Origin: Candidatus Latescibacterota bacterium
GTDB lineage: Bacteria > Krumholzibacteriota > Krumholzibacteriia > WVZY01
Direction: 5' to 3'
Assembly: GCA_963791045.1 (NCBI GenBank)
Contig: CAWBQK010000007.1
Coordinates: forward strand, 192,001 to 256,000
DNA: 64,000 nt
In this document: one piece after another, positions 31,872-42,838 of the stretch
How positions within the stretch are numbered: the first letter of the stretch is position 1
Layout: each line of letters begins with the position of its first letter
The notes under the pieces: generated by a model
What the model saw: only the letters and a program-made list of their open reading frames with translations
What the model was told of the DNA's origin: nothing
Database searches by the model: none
Made by a program: the position numbers and the translations under genes

Positions 31872-33085
31872 ATGGCCACGACATTCGTATGGAAGGGACG
31901 GAGTCCGACAGGAGAGATCCTTTCCGGTGAATACGTAACCGAGAACAAGCAGGAACTCATTGGGCACCTGCGCAAAAAGAAAGATCATTGTCACTTCTCT
32001 AAAACAGAAGTCCAAGGATATCAATATCCCGCTTCTGACCGAAAAAGGGCGTGTCGACAAAGGATCTTGGTGTTTTCACCAGACAGTTCTCGACAATGAT
32101 CAACGCAGGGTTGCCCCTGGTCCAGTGCCTCGAAATTTTGTCGGCACAGATGGACAAACCGCACTTCAAGCAGATCATCACGACTGTGACCAGTGATGTT
32201 GAGGGCGGTACAACGCTTGCCGAAGCTCTCGGCAAGCATAAGGAATTCAGCCAGCTGTACGTCAACATGGTCGAAGCCGGCGAGGCCGGAGGTATTCTCG
32301 ACACGATTTTGATGAGACTCGCTGTTTATCTCGAAAAAGCCGAGGCCTTGACGCGAAAAGTCAAGACGGCGATGACCTATCCCACTGTTGTTGCCGTTGT
32401 GGCGCTTGGCGCGACGATTTTCATGTTGATGTTTATCATTCCGACATTCGCCAAAATGTTTACCGACTTTGGCGGCGAACTGCCGCTTCCGACGGAAATT
32501 GTCATGGGGCTCAGTGAGTTTTTCAGGTACTACTGGTACATTCTCCTGCTCGGGACCGGAGTCTCGATATTTGCTTTCAAAAGATTTTACGCGACCGATT
32601 CCGGCAAGTTCAAGATAGATACGATTTTATTGAAGGTGCCGGCGCTTGGAAACGTTATTCGCAAAGTCGGCGATCGCGCGTTTTACGCGGACACTCGGTA
32701 CTCTGATTTCGAGCGGTGTTCCCATTCTGAACGGTCTGGACATAACGGCCCGTACGGCGGGGAACAAGGTTGTCGAAAAAGCGATTTTTGCCACACGCGA
32801 CAGCATCAGCCAGGGTGAAACAATTGCCGAACCGCTCAAGGCAAGCGGCGTGTTTCCCCGATGGTCACGCAGATGATTGGCGTCGGCGAGCAAACCGGCG
32901 CACTCGACGAGATGCTCGACAAGATTGCCAATTTCTATGACGACGAAGTTGACACCGCCGTGGAACAGCTGACAGCGATCATCGAGCCCGTGATGATTGT
33001 TGTCATGGGTGTCATCGTCGGTGGAATGCTCATTTCGATGTACCTTCCGATGTTCAAACTCATCAACGTGGTATCGGGAGGCTAG
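31872..33085 (+). CDS. pilC: Type IV pilus platform protein PilC (T2SS F family; several apparent frameshifts)
   Basis: FTRQFSTMINAGLPL; AGEAGGILD; AMTYP; RFTRTLGTLISSGVPI; VGEQTGALDEML; MYLPMF. Confidence 0.9.
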
Positions 33086-33089
33086 GGTA

Positions 33090-34824
33090 ATGAGGGGCGA
33101 TCACGTCCCGAGGGAATTCCGTTGAGTTCCAGAACGTACGACCAACGCATTCCTCGGGCTGCGAGCGATCGCGCTCGCGCTCATTGTGGGCGCGGGAATA
33201 ATGATCCTGCAACTCACCGACGGCGACATCTCGTTGAGACGCTCTGTACGTATTGCTCATTGTCGGAGTCATGGGCGGAGGATTGCTTTACGCCGGTGTA
33301 CAAATGGGTATGTCACCCCGTGCGTGCTTTTGGTCATAATGGTGGCGGATGTCGTTCTCGAGACGTCGATCGTCCATTACAGCGGCGGGATGATGAGCCA
33401 GTTCTCGCTCGTTTTTTGTCTCTCCATTATAGCGGCGGCATTTTTTCTGCAGGTATACGGCGGGCTTGGAATCGCGCGTGTTTGCGTCCTTTTGTTTTGC
33501 ATGTTACGGAATCCTTGAAACTCAGGGTGTTCTTCAACCGGTCGGGGCAAGAGTTGTCGGAAGCGGGCTCGTTGACGGGCGGCGTCCTTCACCTGTACCT
33601 CCACGTGTCCCTCTTTTTCGTGGTCGGCGCCGTTTCAGGTTATCTGGCGCAGAGGACGAAGACCGAAGGGCGGCAGCTTCATACCGCCCAGACAAAACTC
33701 AGACAGCTGCGAATTGATACGGAACGAGATTCTCGAACAACATGAGCAGCGGAATACTCGTCGTCGATCGGGATGGCAAGGTTTTGACCGTAAATCCCAT
33801 GGCGGAGCAAATCCTGGGTGTCGACAAGCTCGACATCGTTGGCCTTCATGTGGAAGCGGCTTTCGATCCTCTGACCCCCGAATTTGCCCGCGAAGTTCTC
33901 GAGGCTCTCGATTCCAACCAGGGAAAACTCCGCAACGAAATAAGCGTTTTGCGGGCAAGAGGCATAGAAATCCCGCTGGGTATGAGCATATCGATTCTAA
34001 AGGATGACAGCGAGGAAACACGCGGCGTGATTGCCGTATTCCAGGATCTCACCGAAGTTCGCGAAATGCAGGAACGCGTCAGAAAAGCGGACCGGCTGGC
34101 GGCGATCGGCGAGATTTCCGCTGGAATCGCGCACGAAATTCGGAATCCCCTCGCATCGATAAGCGGAGCAATCGAGATGCTCTCCAACGAGCTGGAGTTG
34201 AAGGGGGAAAACCGCCGGTTGATGGAATTAGTGATGAAAGAATCCGATCGTCTGGATCGGATTATAAATGACTTTCTCGAGTTTGCGCGGCTTCGGCCGC
34301 CGACGAGAGGAAAGGTGTCGGTGTCGAGATGTCTGGATGAAGTGCTCATGCTCCTGGGCAACACACCCGGCCTTGAAGTGCGGTATTCGAGACGGAGAGT
34401 CCGGCCATCACGGATGGGGAGGTATGATGGTGCGAATTCGACGAGGAACAGATGAAGCAGGTTTTATTCAATCTGACCATCAACGCCTGTCGAGGCGATG
34501 CAGGGATCAGGAACCCTTTCCGTCCGGACTGGGAACGGTTCGGTGGACGACACCATGCAAGATCATCATTCGCCGGACGAGGGCAGCGGAATTGGCGACG
34601 TCGGAACGACGAAAGACTCTTCGAACCATTCTTTACGACAAAGGACGGCGGGACAGGACTCGGGTCTGGCGATCGCAAATAAAATTGTTGAAGCGCACAT
34701 GGGGCCGGATTCGGTGTCCGGAACCGGGCGCGAAGGGGGAGCGGAAGTCTCGATAGTGATACCCATTAGAGGGGCACTGTCGAAGACCAGGTCAACCTCG
34801 AAGATATTGGAATCCAGTAGTTGA
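33090..34824 (+). CDS. pilS: PilS-like membrane sensor histidine kinase with PAS domain (multiple apparent frameshifts)
   Basis: Hydrophobic N-terminal fragments; PAS (MSSGILVVD..VNPMAEQIL); H-box AGIAHEIRNPL; KQVLFNL..NA; FEPFFTTK.GGTGLG; lies between pilC and pilR. Confidence 0.8.
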
Positions 34825-34864
34825 AGGTCGACAAATCGGTACAAGCTAACTGGGGGAATACTGA

Positions 34865-36251
34865 ATGGCCGGAGAGAAAATACTTATTGTAGACGATGAA
34901 AAGAGCATGTGCCAGTTTCTGTCCATCATGCTCCGCAAAGAGGGTTACCAGATAACCGCGGTGCACAACGGCAAGAAAGCGCTCGATCAGTTCAAGGTAG
35001 GCAAGTTCGACCTGGTAATCACCGATATCAGAATGTCGGGGATGGACGGTATCGAACTCCTCAGTGAACTCAAAAAAGTGGACCAGGCCGTCCCGGTTAT
35101 AATTATGACGGCGTACGCCTCGCAAAAGACCGCGATCGACGCGGTAAACCATGGGGCGTTTCCATTACCTCATCAAGCAGGCCAAAAACGACGAGATCAA
35201 GATGGTCGTAAGGAACGCATTGGACATGAAGCGTGTCCGAGCGGAGAACATGAGTTCTGAAGAAGCAGCTCAAGAAGTCGAGCGACCTCAAAACCATCAT
35301 CGGTAAGAGTGAGGAGATGGAAAAGGTCTACAAGCTCGTCGACAAGGTGGCTGAAACCGACAGCACGATTCTGATCTGCGGTGAAAGCGGCACGGGCAAG
35401 GAACTGATCGCGCGCGCGATCCACTTCAGGTCGAATCGAGCAAATAATCCGTTCGTTACCATCAACTGCGGCGCGCTCCCCGAGAATCTTCTCGAGAGCG
35501 AGCTCTTTGGCCATGTGAAGGGTTCGTTCACCGGTGCCATCCGTGACAAGGAGGGGCTGTTCAAAGTTGCCCAGGGCGGGACGTTTTTCCTCGACGAGGT
35601 GGGGGAGACCTCGCCGACGATTCAGGTCAAGCTCCTCAGGGTTCTCCAGGAACGGGAGATCATCCCCGTCGGCGGAACCAATCCAATAAAAGTCGATGTC
35701 CGCCTGGTTGCGGCCACCAACGCCGACCTCGAAAAGGCCGTTGGTAACGAGAAATTCCGTGCGGATCTTTACTATCGCCTCAATGTAATTCCGGTCCATC
35801 TTCCGCCTCTGCGAAAGCGGAGGGACGATATCCCTCTGCTCGTGACCTATTTTCTCAAGAAGTTCAACGACCGCGTCGCGGCCGACGCGCAGAAGTCCAT
35901 TGCAAAGAAGCCATGGACGTCCTGTCGGGTACGGCTGGCCGGGAAATGTGAGGGAACTCGAAAACGTGATCGAACGCGCCGTGATTCTCGAGGAATCATC
36001 TGAGATCCAGAACGAATCGCTCCCGGAAAAACTGCTGCTTCGGGACCATGGCTCAGTCGAGTCTGATCACCGAAAGAGCACAGGTTACGCTCGAGGAGCT
36101 CGAGAAGGAGTATCTGCTCAAGGTTCTCGAAGACACAAACTGGCAAAAAAAGCGGGCCAGTTCGATTCTTGGTATCAATGCCTCAACCCTGTACCGGAAA
36201 ATCCAGCGCTACGGACTGGAAAAATGCCGGTCAGCGGAACTCGTCGAGTAG
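34865..36251 (+). CDS. pilR: PilR-like sigma54-dependent response regulator (REC-AAA+-HTH; multiple apparent frameshifts)
   Basis: ILIVDDE..ITDIRMS REC domain; [62 protein letters not shown]. Confidence 0.88.
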
Positions 36252-36392
36252 GCTTTCGACAATGCCAATTGCAAAAACGGCCAAATGATACACGGTGTGG
36301 CAAATGGCAATAGTGTCGGATTTGTTTGACAGGTAGTCGTAAGTGTCGGTTGTGAATCAACTTAGCCTGGCGCCGGCACAGTAAACGACGTT

Positions 36393-36407
36393 TGGCATAT
36401 TAATTGC
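36393..36407 (+). promoter_or_regulatory. Sigma54 (-24/-12) promoter of pilA
   Basis: TGGCATATTAATTGC (GG-N10-GC), directly downstream of pilR, about 80 nt before the pilA ATG. Confidence 0.85.
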
Positions 36408-36488
36408 CAATTCGTTGGACAGGATCGGGAAGACGGTCGGATCGACTAAGCGCCGACTCAGCCAACAACTAAAAGGGAGGTTTGTCCG

Positions 36489-36921
36489 ATGAATAACAAA
36501 GGTTTCACACTGATCGAACTTATGATCGTAGTGGTCATCATCGGTATCCTCGCAGCGATCGCTATTCCGAACTTCATCAGCATGCAGGCGCGTGCTAAGG
36601 AAGCTTCGACGAAGTCGAACTGTCATACAGTTCAGCTCGCTGCCGAGGATTTTTCAGTCCAGAATAACGGCGTATACGCCGCGAACATTGGAGCCGACGC
36701 GACACCGTCCGGTGACACCATCACCGATTTGCTGCCCGGTGCCGTTCTCCTCGAGAACTCGTTCACCAAGGCCGCGACCGAGCCGGTTAACGGCGTTGCC
36801 GCGACACCAGGACAGGCCGGCTATGCTCCTATCAGTGGATTTGGCCGGTACGAACGTTGGTTACTCGATTACGGGTTGGGGTAAAGACGCTTTGATCCTT
36901 ACCCTCTCAAGTGGTTCCTAG
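36489..36921 (+). CDS. pilA: Type IVa major pilin (~143 aa; apparent 1-nt insertion at ~36834)
   Basis: MNNKG/FTLIELMIVVVIIGILAAIAIPNF class III signal; C-terminus ..VDLAGTNVGYSITGWGKDALILTLSSGS in the shifted frame; GGGAGG RBS; own promoter and terminator. Confidence 0.92.
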
Positions 36922-36944
36922 TCGATTCTTCGACCAGGGAATTG

Positions 36945-36981
36945 AAAAAGGCGGGAGTCAGTGAGCTCCCGCCTTTTTTTT
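36945..36981 (+). terminator. Intrinsic terminator after pilA
   Basis: AAAAAGGCGGGAG-TCAGTGAG-CTCCCGCCTTTTTTTT. Confidence 0.9.
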
Positions 36982-37048
36982 GCTCCAGACCGGTACGAAT
37001 TCTGCAATATGCATGGCTATCAAACCCAAAACTGGCAGGCAATTAACC

Positions 37049-38039
37049 ATGTGCGTACTCGACTTACAGAATATTTCCAAATCGTATTCCGCGGGAATTC
37101 TCGGGAAGAAACGGTTTGTCCTCTCCGATCTCTCTTTGAAAATCGAGAAAGGTGAGGTGTTCGGGCTCCTCGGGCACAACGGAGCCGGGAAAACCACCAC
37201 AATGCGCGTGATCCTCGGCCTCCTGCGCCCCGGAAACAGGCCGCGTTCGCCTCTTCGACCAGGAGGGGGTCACAAACGGACGGATTGTCCCGCGTTGGTT
37301 ATCTCGGCGAGGAGATCGGGGATGTACCCGTTTCTGAACGCGGAAGAAATGCTTCAGCTCACCGGCGAGTTATTCAGACTGACCCCGGACGACGATTCTC
37401 TCCCGAAAAAACAGTCTGATCGAAGCCGTGGGTCTTGGCCCGAAGAGGGAAATCAAAATCAAGAAATACTCGAAAGGGATGCGTCAGCGTCTGGGGATTG
37501 CCATCGCGTTGATGAACGACCCTGATTTCCTGATTCTCGATGAACCCTACAGCGGTCTCGATCCCGTGGGGCGCCGCCAACTGAGACAGCTACTGCTGTC
37601 GCTCAAGGAGCAGGGAAAGACGATCCTGCTCAGTTCACACATCGTCCCCGACGTCGAAGCGGTTTGCGATCGCGTCGGAATCATCAGCGGCGGAAGGATC
37701 CAGCGCTGCCTGTCGTTGCGTGATATTTACCGGCAAAAATCGACCCCCGTGGAGATTACCGCTTCGGGCGTCCACCGGGATACATTCGACAAACCGGAAC
37801 GCGGCGTAGAGCTTGTCTACGGCAACGAAGAGGCGATCGTCCTCAAGTGCGTGGGCAGCGGCAACGTCAAAACCGTGATTTCAAAGGTTTACGCGTACGG
37901 TGGCGAAGTTCTTGAAGTCAAACCTCTCAAGTTCAGCCTTGAAGACTATCTTCTCGAGGCTCTTTCGGACGCGGCAAAAGATGGCGCGGACACACTGGCA
38001 TCAGAAATAGAAGAGATGATACATGCGAATTCCCGATAA
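37049..38039 (+). CDS. ABC transporter ATP-binding protein (Myxococcus PilH-like; apparent frameshifts)
   Basis: GHNGAGKTT Walker A; YSKGMRQRLG signature; LILDEP; LSSH; position after pilA. Confidence 0.85.
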
Positions 38040-38820
38040 ATTCAACGTTTCCGGCATTGACTATCGCGAAGTACACGATAAAGGGATACCTCAAGGAGCG
38101 TATTCTCCTCGTGGTGCTCGTCTTTGCGTTTCTTCTGATGGTTTCGTCGTATGTTCTGGCTCCGCTGGCTGTCGGCGCGCAGCAAAAAATAATCGTCGAT
38201 ATCGGTCTCGGTTCGGTGTCCATTTTTGGAGTCCTGCTGGTTATCCTGATGGGGGCCGGGTCGTATTCGCGGGAACGAGAAAGAGGGATACTCCCGAGTA
38301 TCCTGTCCAAGCCGATAAGCCGTGTGGACTTCATCCTCGGAAAGTTCCTCGGTACCTGGATTACGATAACGGTGATCATGGCCTGCATGTCGGTGGTATA
38401 CCTCATCGTGATGGTCGATGAGCCGGACGGCTTTCAATAGCACGATATTTATCGCACTGCATCTGTCCGTCGTGGAGGTGGCGCTTTGATTACCGGCGGT
38501 GCTGACATTCTTCTCTACATTCACATCGCCTTTGATGAGTTCGCTTGTTCACACTGTGTGTATTCATATGCGGGCACTTGAGCGGAGATCTTCTCGACTT
38601 CGCCACGCATTTCGGTGGTATGGGGTTGAAGATCGTTTCTTCGATTGGTTACTACATGCTCCCCAATTTGGCATTGTTCAACGTAAGGTCCGAGGCGGTT
38701 CATAACCTGCCACTCATGGATCAATACGTGTATTCGGCGACGATCTACGCGATGTTTTATGCCCTGGTTCTTCTGTTCGTGAGTTCGATTATTTTCAAAC
38801 GCAGGGATGTTGTTCAATGA
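38023..38820 (+). CDS. ABC transporter permease (Myxococcus PilI-like; apparent frameshifts)
   Basis: Hydrophobic helices; SRERERG..SILSKPISRVDFILGKFLG; YYMLPNL; C-terminal IFKRRD. Confidence 0.8.
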
Positions 38821-39489
38821 TGAGGGGCCTCAATCGGAAAATCATCATTGGGCTCGTCGGTGTGACCATGGTCGCGGGCCTGGTTCTGTCGACGGTATGG
38901 GTGCAGAAGTTCCGTTATCGGCCATATCTTCACGAGAAGCTCTATCTGCCGTCGGGAAAATTTGTCAAAGAGATGTCGATCGGTTACCGGGAAGTGGTGG
39001 CGGATGTGTTGTGGTTGTCGGCCATCCAGTACTACGGTGATTTCCGAAAGGGCAACCACGACCTGCGGTACTTTCGGGGTCTGATCGATCTCGTAACGAC
39101 ACTTGACCCGCATTTTTCATTCGCCTATCGCTTTGGCGCGCTCGTCATATCAGAGGACATCGGGGCGTTCGAAGAAGGGATGGATCTCCTCAAGCTCGGA
39201 ATGGCCCGGAACCCACGATCCTGGCAGCTGCCGTTCGAAGTCGGTTTCCTCAACTATGTCAACGGCGGGGACCGCCAGGTCGCCGGCCGATATTTTGAGC
39301 TTGCCTCCAGAATGCCCGAGGCGCCAGAATTTACCGAGCGCTTCGCCGCGTTCGTATATTCGAAGGCGGGCGACAGGGAGTCGTCGATGCGAATCTGGGA
39401 AGAGTACATGGAGACCACCGACAACCCCCACCTCAAGGAACTCGCCGAGAGGTATATCGAAAAGATCAAGACAATCCGAACCCCAATAA
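38817..39489 (+). CDS. Membrane-anchored TPR-like pilus accessory protein (Myxococcus PilG-like); true 3' end uncertain
   Basis: N-terminal transmembrane (TM) segment; LYLPS..GYREVVADVLWLSAIQYYG; TTLDPHF..AY; WQLPFEVGF; the called ORF runs on into pilD, probably through a frameshift. Confidence 0.65.
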
Positions 39490-39502
39490 GAGGCGACATC
39501 GG

Positions 39503-40287
39503 ATGTTCAATGATCTGGTCTCCCTGTATCCTGCTCGTTCGTTCTCGGACTCATGATCGGCAGCTTTTTCAACGTTCTGATATATCGATTGCCGCTCGGA
39601 CAGTCCGTCGTCGTCGGGCCGATCCAAATGCACCCAGTGCAACAACACAATCGCCTGGTACGACAATATCCCCGTTTTCAGTTATCTGATTCTCGGCGGG
39701 AAGTGCCGCCATTGCGGAGAGTCGATTTCTGCGAGATATCCTGTTGTCGAGTTGTGTACCGGCTGCTTGGGCGTTGTCGCCGGATGGCGTTCGGCATCAC
39801 GCTCGAAGCGATGTGGGTGTTTATCTTTCTTGCCGTTCTCCTCGCTATTACGCTTATCGATTGGTCGCACCAGATCATCCCCGATGTTCTCTCCCTCGGA
39901 GGGATCGTGTTCGGCTGGATCGGGGCCATCGTTTGTCTCGATATAACTTCGTTCGAGTCTCTGATCGGAACCTTCGTCGGCGGAGGGCTTTTGTTTGCGG
40001 TTGCCGGCATCTACGGATCGTAAGAAAGGTCGACGGCATGGGCGGCGGAGATGTCAAGCTGATGGGAATGATCGGCGCGTTCGTTGGTTGGCAGATGATA
40101 TTTCCCGTTCTTATCCTGGCCTCTTTTTTCGGCGCCGCTACGGCGTGTACCTTCTGCGCCAGCGGAGCTACTACCCAGACCGCCGTTGCTTTTGGGTCGT
40201 TTCTCGCCCCCTCAGCGATGGTTATTTTTCTCGCGGGGGCCAGCTCTTTGGCGTTTGTACCTCGAGTTTTTCCTTGGAAAATCCTGA
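39503..40287 (+). CDS. pilD: Prepilin peptidase / N-methyltransferase (multiple apparent frameshifts)
   Basis: [12 protein letters not shown]; Cxx[55 protein letters not shown]. Confidence 0.88.
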
Positions 40288-40404
40288 ATTGCACGTGAAG
40301 CCAGCATAGTGCAAAACGCTTTCCCCTTTCGGGTCCTCCTCTGTGTCGCTTGGCTAAACCACATAATAACAACTGGTTATACGATGCGCACGGGTTCAAA
40401 AACC

Positions 40405-40419
40405 TGGCATATTTGTTGC
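40405..40419 (+). promoter_or_regulatory. Sigma54 (-24/-12) promoter upstream of pilMNOPQ
   Basis: TGGCATATTTGTTGC (GG-N10-GC) in the pilD-pilM intergenic region. Confidence 0.75.
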
Positions 40420-40534
40420 GACGGGGTTCCTCGCAAGGTTCAAAGTCCCGTTTTAATGTGTCCCGAATCACGGGTGTATTGTGTCGCAACCGTGCTACAA
40501 GTACGAAATCCGTGATAGAAGGCTGGTGCTGAAG

Positions 40535-41605
40535 ATGAAGCTTTTTTCCAGAAAAGAATAAATCGTCGGTCGGCCTGGATATCGGTTCGAGCTTGGTCAA
40601 GATCGTCGAGATCGACCATTCCAAAGACGATGCCGGTTCTGAAGAACTATGGCATCGTAAAGCTTCCGCCCGAAGCGATCGTCGAAGGCGAAATCATGGA
40701 CCGCAGTCTGGTGATCGAAGGAATCCAGGAGTGCATGGCCAAGGCGAATATCGAAAGCAGCGATGTCGTGACGGCCGTATCGGGCCGCGCCGTCATCGTT
40801 AAGAAGATCGTGATGGACAAGATGAATCCCGACGATGCCAAAGAGGCAATCTTCTGGGAAGCGGAACAACACGTTCCGTTCGACATCGATGATGTTTGTC
40901 TCGACTTCGAGATTCTCAAAGAGGATGTCGGCGCCAACCAGATGGAGATCCTCCTCGTCGCCGCAAAAAAAGAAATGGTGGACACCCACGCCAACTTGAT
41001 CAGGGACGCCGGGTATACAGCCCGACGATCATCGATGTCGATTCGTTCGCCGTTCAGAACGCGTACGAGTTGACCGAGGAAGACCAGGCAACCGGGTAAC
41101 GGGACTGATCAACATCGGATCAGATGTGACCAATATCAACATCATCCAGAATAACATTCCGCTCTTTACACAGGGACCTCAGTGTTGGAAGCAACGTGTT
41201 CATCGAAGCCCTCCAGCGTGAGCTTGGGGGTGAGCTTCGAGGAAGCGGAGGCGATGGTGAGTGGAGAGTCGGAAATCGAGGACGAAGATCGATGCCGGAA
41301 GATCATCGCGGACGCCTGCGAGGATCTGTCCATGGGTATCGAAAGATCGATATCATTTCTCAAGACCGCCGGCGATGCCGAAGCAACTCGACGAAGTGGT
41401 CTTGAGCGGCGGAGGCGCCCGGGTTCCCTGGCTCAGAGAAATTCTGGGTGAAAAGCACGACGTCGAATTCAAAGTGAACGACTCCGTGAGCCGGATCAGT
41501 CCGGACGAGAAAATGGATTGCCGGAAGCGGTCGACGAATCTGGAGAAAGTGGCTCCGATGCTCACCGTCTCACTCGGGCTCGCCCTCAGAAGGGAGGGGA
41601 ACTAA
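40535..41605 (+). CDS. pilM: Type IV pilus assembly protein PilM (apparent frameshifts)
   Basis: VGLDIGSS.VKIVE; AVSGRAVIVKKI; EAEQHVPF; IDVDSFA; INIGSDVTN; VLSGGGA; VSLGLALR. Confidence 0.9.
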
Positions 41606-42183
41606 ATGATAAGGATTAACCTGCTCCCACCGGAAGAGAGAAAACGGTCACGGCGTTTGAAGATGCCGTCGTTTTCGGGCGGCGGAGGCGGCGGACCCAA
41701 GACCATATGGCTGCATTGCCGGTCTCGTGGTTTATGTCGGAATGATCGTGGCTATAGCGAGCCTTCAGGCGAAGTCGATAAATGATTTCGACACAAAAAT
41801 AGCGGAGGCAAAAGAAGAATCCAAGAGACTTGCGCCGCAGCTCGAAAGAATCAGAAAGCTCACAAAGGAGAGGGAAGAGGTCGACCGGAGACTGGCAGTT
41901 ATCGCGTCCCTCGATCGTGAGCGTTATTTCAGGGTTGCGTTGCTCAATGATATCAGCGCCACAACTTCCGGCGAACTCCTGGCTCACTTCGGTCAAGGAA
42001 GTCGGCGGAACTCAAATCGCAATCGACGGTGTGACGTTTTCGAACTACTTGATTGCCGACTTGATGAACAACCTTGAGAAGTCCGATCGCTTCAATAACG
42101 TGAGCCTCAATATAGCGCAGGAGGGTCACATGATGGATAACAAGGTGATCAAGTTTACTTTGAATTCGAGGATAGCACCCTAG
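41606..42183 (+). CDS. pilN: Type IV pilus assembly protein PilN (apparent frameshifts)
   Basis: MIRINLLP start; TM segment; coiled coil; WLTSV..IDGVTFSN..IADLMNNLEKSDRF. Confidence 0.85.
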
Positions 42184-42214
42184 CAGGCGTGACGGTTACG
42201 AAGAAAGGTCTGTC

Positions 42215-42838
42215 ATGAATCTGAGAGATCCGAAAATACAAAAAATCCTCGTGGTGGCGATTGCGATTATTGCCGTGAGCTATGTCTATTTCGGGACCAC
42301 GCTGCTTCCGTTCTGTTACCAGGTTCGGAAGAATCATATTGCACAACTCGAGGATGAGTATACCAAGCTCAACGCAGAACTCGAAAAAGCGCAGAAGATG
42401 GTAGGAAACCTTGCAAAGCTCGAGGCCGAGTACGAGCGCCTGCATCTGCAGTGGATGTCGGCCCAGGAACTTCTGCCTCTCGAACAAGAAATGCCCGACC
42501 TGTTGAGGAAAGTGACGACAGCGGGGAACAAGGCCGGGGTAGAGTTCATGCTTTTCCAGCCCAGGGCGGTTGTCGTGCAGGAGCTTTTCAAGGAACACCC
42601 CGTCAATGTCCGCGTAAGGGGCGGATACCACCAGCTGGGGATTTTCCTGAGCAGGTTGGCCAACATGTCACGAATAGTCAATGTCCAGGAACTAAAAGTC
42701 AACGCTCTCGCCACAAATTCCGAGGGTAAAAAGAACAAGACGGACCGATACCGCGGGACCGTCGTCGCTGATTTTTCGCTGAGCGCCTACACCCTGCTCG
42801 AAGGAGCCCAAAATGAGACTGCGCCTCAAGAACAATAG
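42215..42838 (+). CDS. pilO: Type IV pilus assembly protein PilO
   Basis: TM segment, coiled coil, LLPLEQEMPDLL, PVNVRVRGGYHQLGIFLSRLANMSRIVNV. Confidence 0.9.
   Translation: MNLRDPKIQKILVVAIAIIAVSYVYFGTTLLPFCYQVRKNHIAQLEDEYTKLNAELEKAQKMVGNLAKLEAEYERLHLQWMSAQELLPLEQEMPDLLRKVTTAGNKAGVEFMLFQPRAVVVQELFKEHPVNVRVRGGYHQLGIFLSRLANMSRIVNVQELKVNALATNSEGKKNKTDRYRGTVVADFSLSAYTLLEGAQNETAPQEQ

Noticed and set aside
36489-36921. Electrically conductive (Geobacter-type) e-pilin
   Set aside because: The pilin is full length, sparse in aromatic residues and has Met rather than Tyr at mature position 27.
37033-37047. Fourth sigma54 promoter before the ABC ATPase (TGGCAGGCAATTAAC)
   Set aside because: It lacks the -12 GC and lies too close to the start codon.
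40309-40532. Short ORFs between pilD and pilM
   Set aside because: They have no protein features and cover the pilM sigma54 promoter region.
30759-42183. Programmed ribosomal frameshifting or phase variation explaining the split pil genes
   Set aside because: There are too many shifts per gene, in both directions, without consistent slippery sites or long repeat tracts.
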